From an uncultured delta proteobacterium (GTDB taxonomy: Bacteria > Desulfobacterota > Binatia > Binatales > Binataceae), in contig CAVRVY010000004.1 of NCBI GenBank assembly GCA_963724765.1, positions 448,001 to 512,000 on the forward strand: a DNA stretch of 64,000 nt, in the 5' to 3' direction. The notes beneath the pieces are model-generated. The model was not told where the DNA came from and searched no databases. It saw nothing but the letters and a program-made list of their open reading frames with translations. A program made the position numbers and the translations under genes. Positions 59,451 to 64,000 of the stretch are shown one piece after another. Position 1 is the first letter of the stretch; each line of letters starts with the position of its first letter.

Positions 59451-60287
59451 ATGGCTGCCTCTCCTATAGCCTTGGTCGAAACCGTCGCGCGCGCTGCCGC
59501 CGGCGCACCTCTTTGTACCCTTACCGATCGACAAATAGCTGAATTTTCAGGGGTCTATCGCGGCCGCGAGCTTACTCGCAAAGATCGACGCCTAAACTCT
59601 GGGATCCCAGCGCTCGACGCCATCCTGGATGGCGGCATTGCCCGCGGCCGGGTGAGCGAAATCGTCGGGCGGCCCGGATTTGGGCGAACTTCACTCGCCG
59701 CCTCTTTCGCAGCTATTGCCACCCGGCGCGGCGAGGTCGCGGCGTGGATCGATTCGGCGGATGCGTTCGATCCGCGCAGTATCGCTGCGGCGGGTGCGGA
59801 CCTTTCGCGGATTCTCTGGGTCGGCGCCGACGCAGCGGTGCGTGTGCGCGATTCGGCCGAATCGCCGGCCGCTGAATTTGCGCCCGCGCGATCCAACGCA
59901 TCGCCGAAGGCGGGAATTAAACCGGTGCTGTTGGCGGCCGAGATGGTTTTAGGCGCGGGCGGCTTCGGCCTGGTCGTAATCGATATTGGCGGCCACGCGC
60001 GGACGCTCACGTTGAGCGCGGCGCTTAGGCTGGCGCGCGCGGCCGAGCGCAGCGGCGCCGCCGTGATCGTCCTGGCCGAGCGCCGGACGTGCGGAACCTT
60101 CGCCGCGCTCAGCCTCGTGTTCGGGCGCATCCGCCCCTTCTTCAGCCGCATGGCGCCGGGCGCTCCGGCGTTGTTCGACGGAACACGGGTCGAGGCGTAC
60201 GTGGCGCGCAACAAGCTCGGCGGCTCGGGCCAGGCGGCAGTATGGCGCGCCGCAACGCACGCACAACTTCCTTGCCGCTCGCAGTGA
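59451..60287 (+). CDS. imuA: ImuA / RecA-like protein
   Basis: SGIPALDAILDGGIARGRVSEIVG..G.GRTS, AWID..D.FDP, GLVVID; first gene of the mutasome cassette. Confidence 0.82.
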   Translation: MAASPIALVETVARAAAGAPLCTLTDRQIAEFSGVYRGRELTRKDRRLNSGIPALDAILDGGIARGRVSEIVGRPGFGRTSLAASFAAIATRRGEVAAWIDSADAFDPRSIAAAGADLSRILWVGADAAVRVRDSAESPAAEFAPARSNASPKAGIKPVLLAAEMVLGAGGFGLVVIDIGGHARTLTLSAALRLARAAERSGAAVIVLAERRTCGTFAALSLVFGRIRPFFSRMAPGAPALFDGTRVEAYVARNKLGGSGQAAVWRAATHAQLPCRSQ

Positions 60288-62128
60288 TCGAACGACGCCT
60301 ATCGCCAAAAACTACTATCGCCGGCGCCGCCGAAGCGGCGCGCGATCCGTTTTTGCCGCCGCCGCACGGCGTCCGTGCTGATACCATCGCGTCCGCAGCA
60401 AGCCCCCGGATCGCATGCATCCTGGTCGCGGATTTTCCGCTCGCCGCGGCGATACGCCAGAGCCCCGAGCTGCGCGACCGGCCGCTGGTGCTGATTGAAT
60501 CGGCGGGGCGGCGCGAGGCGGCCGGCGGCGCCAACATGGATTGCCGCTTCGTGTCGGCGCACGCGCGGGCGATGGGTGTGCGCACCGGTATGACAGTGGC
60601 ACGCGCGCGCGCGACCGCCGCGGGACTGGCCGTGATGAGCCGCTCGCCCGCGGCAGAAGCGTCCGCCGCCGAGGCGCTGATCGATGTCGCCTTTTCGTTC
60701 TCGCCGCTGGTCGAGGCCGGCGCCGCCGGCGAAGTTTATCTCGACCTCGGCGGCCTTGAGCGGCTCCATCAGCGGCGCCGTGCCAATTCGTATCGCGAGG
60801 GCGCGAGCACTGGTACGAGCGAATCATCATTACCGTCGGAGATGATGGAATCGCCGTCGGAGATGACGGATATCGAAACGATCGAGACTTGGCTTGCGCA
60901 GGAAGCGCTGGGGCGCGTGGCGCGGCTCGGAATGGACGCGGCGGTCGGAATCGCGTCGAGCAAGGAGGTCGCATTGCTGGCGGCGCGATGCGGTGGGGCG
61001 CGTGCGATCGCAGCGGCCCGCGAGGAGGAGTTCCTCAACTGGCTGCCGCTCGACCTGCTCAAGCTTGACGGCGGCGCGGGCGGCGGCGGCCACGACGGCG
61101 CGGAGCTGGAGCAGACGCTCGCGCGATGGGGAATCCGGCGGCTGGGCGAGCTGGCGCGGCTGGATATTCGCGCGGTCGGCAGCCGGCTCGGCGCCGGCGC
61201 GGTCGAGCTGATACGGATCGCGCGCGGCGAGTGCCGCACGCCGCTGATCGCGCGCCGGGCAGCCGAAAATTTCGCCGAGGCGGTCGAACTCGAATGGGGC
61301 GTGGACAGCCTCGAGGCGATGGGCTTCGTGATGCGCGCGATGCTCGAGCGGGTGGTCGAGCGGCTCAAGCTACGCGGGATGGCGGCCGGCGAAATTGCGC
61401 TCGCGCTCGAACTCGACGGTCGCCGCCGCGACCTTCGCCGCGTCGCGCTGCCCGCGCCGACCAACGAAGCGCGCACGCTGCTCGCGCTCAGCCTGCTCAA
61501 CCTCGAAGCCGCGCCGCCGGCCGCGGCGGTGGAAGCCATCCGTATCACGATCGTGCCGCGCGCGCCGCGCGCGGCACAGGCTGACATGTTCGCTCCGCCC
61601 TGCCCTACGCCCGAGCGGCTGCACGTCACGCTCGCGCGGCTGGCCGCGCTATGCGGTCCGGGGAAAGTGGGCACGCTGATGCCGCGCAACTCTCATCTGC
61701 CGGGCGCGGTCGAGCTTGGCCCGTTCGCGCCGGGTCCGGCCGTCGCGCCGTCGCTAGCGCAAAACGGCACGGCGGCGTTGGCGAATCACGACGTCGTGCA
61801 AAGCCCCGTCGCGGCAGGCGCCTCCGTGGCGCAACTGGCGATACGGGCGGTTCGGCCGCCGCATCAGGTCGAAGTGTTATGCACTCGCGGCGACGCGCCG
61901 GAGTACGTACGCGGCGCGGACTTCGGCGGGCGCGTGGTTTCGTGCGCGGGGCCATGGCGGATCGCGGCAGCGCCGTCGCATATCGACAATGGCGGCGGCG
62001 ACAATCATCAGGGAGCGCCCGGCGCGGCGCGCGATTACTACGACGTCGCGCTGGAGGACGGCGGCGTGTACCGGCTGCTATGCGACCTGCGCTCGGGCGA
62101 ATGGTACGTCGATGGAATTTACGACTAA
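60284..62128 (+). CDS. imuB: ImuB, inactive Y-family polymerase
   Basis: GTGA overlap with imuA; GVRTGMTVARA, FSPLVE, WGIRRLGELA, QADMF clamp-binding-like motif, GPWR..RDYY..W.VDG.YD C-terminus. Confidence 0.85.
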   Translation: MIERRLSPKTTIAGAAEAARDPFLPPPHGVRADTIASAASPRIACILVADFPLAAAIRQSPELRDRPLVLIESAGRREAAGGANMDCRFVSAHARAMGVRTGMTVARARATAAGLAVMSRSPAAEASAAEALIDVAFSFSPLVEAGAAGEVYLDLGGLERLHQRRRANSYREGASTGTSESSLPSEMMESPSEMTDIETIETWLAQEALGRVARLGMDAAVGIASSKEVALLAARCGGARAIAAAREEEFLNWLPLDLLKLDGGAGGGGHDGAELEQTLARWGIRRLGELARLDIRAVGSRLGAGAVELIRIARGECRTPLIARRAAENFAEAVELEWGVDSLEAMGFVMRAMLERVVERLKLRGMAAGEIALALELDGRRRDLRRVALPAPTNEARTLLALSLLNLEAAPPAAAVEAIRITIVPRAPRAAQADMFAPPCPTPERLHVTLARLAALCGPGKVGTLMPRNSHLPGAVELGPFAPGPAVAPSLAQNGTAALANHDVVQSPVAAGASVAQLAIRAVRPPHQVEVLCTRGDAPEYVRGADFGGRVVSCAGPWRIAAAPSHIDNGGGDNHQGAPGAARDYYDVALEDGGVYRLLCDLRSGEWYVDGIYD

Positions 62129-62154
62129 CCGTCGCTGAGCGCGGCGAGCCCCTC

Positions 62155-63999
62155 ATGTCAATGCCGAATTATATAGAGCTGCGTACGCGCAGCGCATTCA
62201 GCTTTCTCGAGGGCTCGGCCCTGCCCGAGGACCTGGTCGAGCGCGCCGCCGAACTCGGCTACCCGGCGCTGGCGATGGGCGACCGCGATGGATTGTACGG
62301 CGCGCCGCGCTTTTACCACGGCGCCGAGCGCGCCGGGATACGCGCGATCGTCGGCGCGGAACTGACGCTCGATCTGTCTTCGGTTGGCACGCCGTCCAGC
62401 CGCGAGCCGGGCGACCAGCGGCTATACGTGCTGGTGCCCGACCGCGAGTGCTACCGCAATCTGTGCCGGATGATCACCGCCGCGAAGATGCGGCCGCTTA
62501 ATCCCGTCGAAATCGAGCAAGGGCGCGCGCCGAAATATCCCGCCAAGGGGGAGAGCCGCATCACGCTGAATGACCTCGAGCGCTACGGCGCGGGCTTGAT
62601 CTGCCTGGCCGGCGGCGCGCGCAGCCCGCTTGCGCTCGCGCTCACCCGCGGCGACAATCCGCGCGCGCTGTGCGATCGGCTGGGCGCGATCTTCGGCCGC
62701 GGCAATTTCTATATCGATCTTGGACGTCATCTCGATCCCGTCGAGGAGCGGCTCAATCGGCGACTCGCCGCACTCGCCGCCGCATCGGGCGTTCCGCTCG
62801 TCGCGACCAACGACGTATGCCATACCGGCGCCGACCGCGCGCTGCTCGACGCACTCACCTGCATCCGGCTCGGCCTCACGCTGGAGGAGGCGGGGCGGGC
62901 GTTATGGGCCAACGCGGAGCGCCGGCTCAAATCGCCGTCGGAGATGGCCGCGCTGTTTCGCGATCTTCCCGGCGCGATCGCCGCCACGGGCACGATCGCC
63001 GAGCGCTGCGCGTTTAGGCTCTGCGACCTCGGCTACCGCTTTCCGAGCTATCCGCTGCCGCCCGGCGAGACTCCCGACAGCTACCTGCGGCTGCTGGTCG
63101 AAGCCGGAGCGCGCGAGCGATGGGGTGCGGCGCCCGGCGCGCGAGTGCTCGGCCAGCTCGCGCACGAGCTCGCAGTGATCGCGCGGCTCGGGCTTGCCGG
63201 CTACTTCCTGATCGTCTGGGACATCGTGCAGTTCTGCCGCGAGAACGCGATCATGGCGCAGGGGCGCGGCTCGGCGGCCAACAGCGCGGTCTGTTATGCG
63301 CTCGGAATCACGGCGGTCGACGCGGTCAAGATGGAACTGTTGTTCGAGCGCTTTCTCTCCGAGGAGCGCGGGGAGTGGCCCGACATCGATATCGACCTGC
63401 CGAGCGGCGATCAGCGCGAGAAGGTCATCCAGTACGTCTATCGCCGCTACGGAGAACGCGGCGCTGCGATGACCGCCAACTTAATCACCTACCGCACGCG
63501 CAGTGCCGTGCGCGAAATCGGCAAGGTGCTGGGCTTCACAGCCGAACATATCGACCGCCTCGCGCGGCTCAACTACGTCTACGAATTCCGCGACAGCAAC
63601 GACGAACTGGCGGCGCTGCTCAAGCGCGGCGGCGTCGACGTCGAGACGCCACGTCTTGCCCGGCTGGTCACGCTGGTGCGCCAGATCCAGGACCTGCCGC
63701 GTCATCTCGGGCAGCATAGCGGCGGGATGGTGATCGGCGCGGGGCCGCTCGATGAAGTCGTGCCGCTGGAGCCGGCCTCGATGCCGGGGCGAGTCGTAAT
63801 CCAGTGGGACAAGGAGGATTGCGCCGACCTCGGAATCATCAAGATCGATCTGCTGGGGCTTGGGATGATAGCCGTGCTGGAGGAGGCGATCCCGCTGGTG
63901 CGCCGGAGCGAAGGTATCGAAATCGACCTCGCCCATCTGCCGGCCGGCGATCCCGCGGTGTACGCGATGCTCTCGCGGGCAGATACCGTCGGGGTCTTT
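62155..63999 (+). CDS. dnaE2: Error-prone DNA polymerase DnaE2, partial; runs off the window edge
   Basis: Manual translation: YIELRTRSAFSFLEGS, ATNDV, GRGSAANSAVCYALGIT, FERFLS, PDIDID, PRHLGQHSGG, IQWDKED, KIDLLGLG in one frame. Confidence 0.93.
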   Translation, partial: MSMPNYIELRTRSAFSFLEGSALPEDLVERAAELGYPALAMGDRDGLYGAPRFYHGAERAGIRAIVGAELTLDLSSVGTPSSREPGDQRLYVLVPDRECYRNLCRMITAAKMRPLNPVEIEQGRAPKYPAKGESRITLNDLERYGAGLICLAGGARSPLALALTRGDNPRALCDRLGAIFGRGNFYIDLGRHLDPVEERLNRRLAALAAASGVPLVATNDVCHTGADRALLDALTCIRLGLTLEEAGRALWANAERRLKSPSEMAALFRDLPGAIAATGTIAERCAFRLCDLGYRFPSYPLPPGETPDSYLRLLVEAGARERWGAAPGARVLGQLAHELAVIARLGLAGYFLIVWDIVQFCRENAIMAQGRGSAANSAVCYALGITAVDAVKMELLFERFLSEERGEWPDIDIDLPSGDQREKVIQYVYRRYGERGAAMTANLITYRTRSAVREIGKVLGFTAEHIDRLARLNYVYEFRDSNDELAALLKRGGVDVETPRLARLVTLVRQIQDLPRHLGQHSGGMVIGAGPLDEVVPLEPASMPGRVVIQWDKEDCADLGIIKIDLLGLGMIAVLEEAIPLVRRSEGIEIDLAHLPAGDPAVYAMLSRADTVGVF

Positions 64000-64000
64000 C

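Noticed and set aside
59190-59534. 114-aa minus-strand ORF in the AT-rich imuA upstream region
   Set aside because: Overlaps the imuA start and promoter, atypical composition, no motifs

Overview
High-GC (roughly 65-68% by spot counts) bacterial chromosomal window. Gene content and order (ftsH-folP-cdaA-cdaR-glmM-pdxJ-nnr-tsaE-lysC-cimA, ccmE-F-H-I-A-B-C-D, F420 genes, DUF1329, LLM oxidoreductase) suggest a Deltaproteobacteria-related lineage such as Binatota; this taxonomy is inference. 1-27 kb is mostly housekeeping: tRNA thiolation, amino-acid and cofactor synthesis, c-di-AMP cyclase, FtsH, TilS, CbpA/CbpM, and cytochrome c maturation with a Cys-type CcmE and a frameshifted ccmC. 29.7-40.3 kb is an accessory region holding secreted hypothetical proteins, a DUF1329 gene split in its signal peptide by an intact IS630 element, an LLM oxidoreductase, and a lower-GC, translationally coupled three-gene cassette (TIGR04255-like protein, HEAT-repeat protein, putative ADP-ribosyltransferase-fold protein). 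That cassette is the best candidate for an undescribed toxin-antitoxin or anti-phage system. 40-64 kb carries a 2-oxoacid dehydrogenase E1a/E1b/E2 cluster, alpha-2-macroglobulin-pbpC, cofGHDE plus a polyprenyl synthase, a diiron desaturase-like gene, and imuA-imuB-dnaE2 with a candidate operator and leaderless promoter. Short tandem duplications recur at stop codons. No rRNA, tRNA or CRISPR array was seen.
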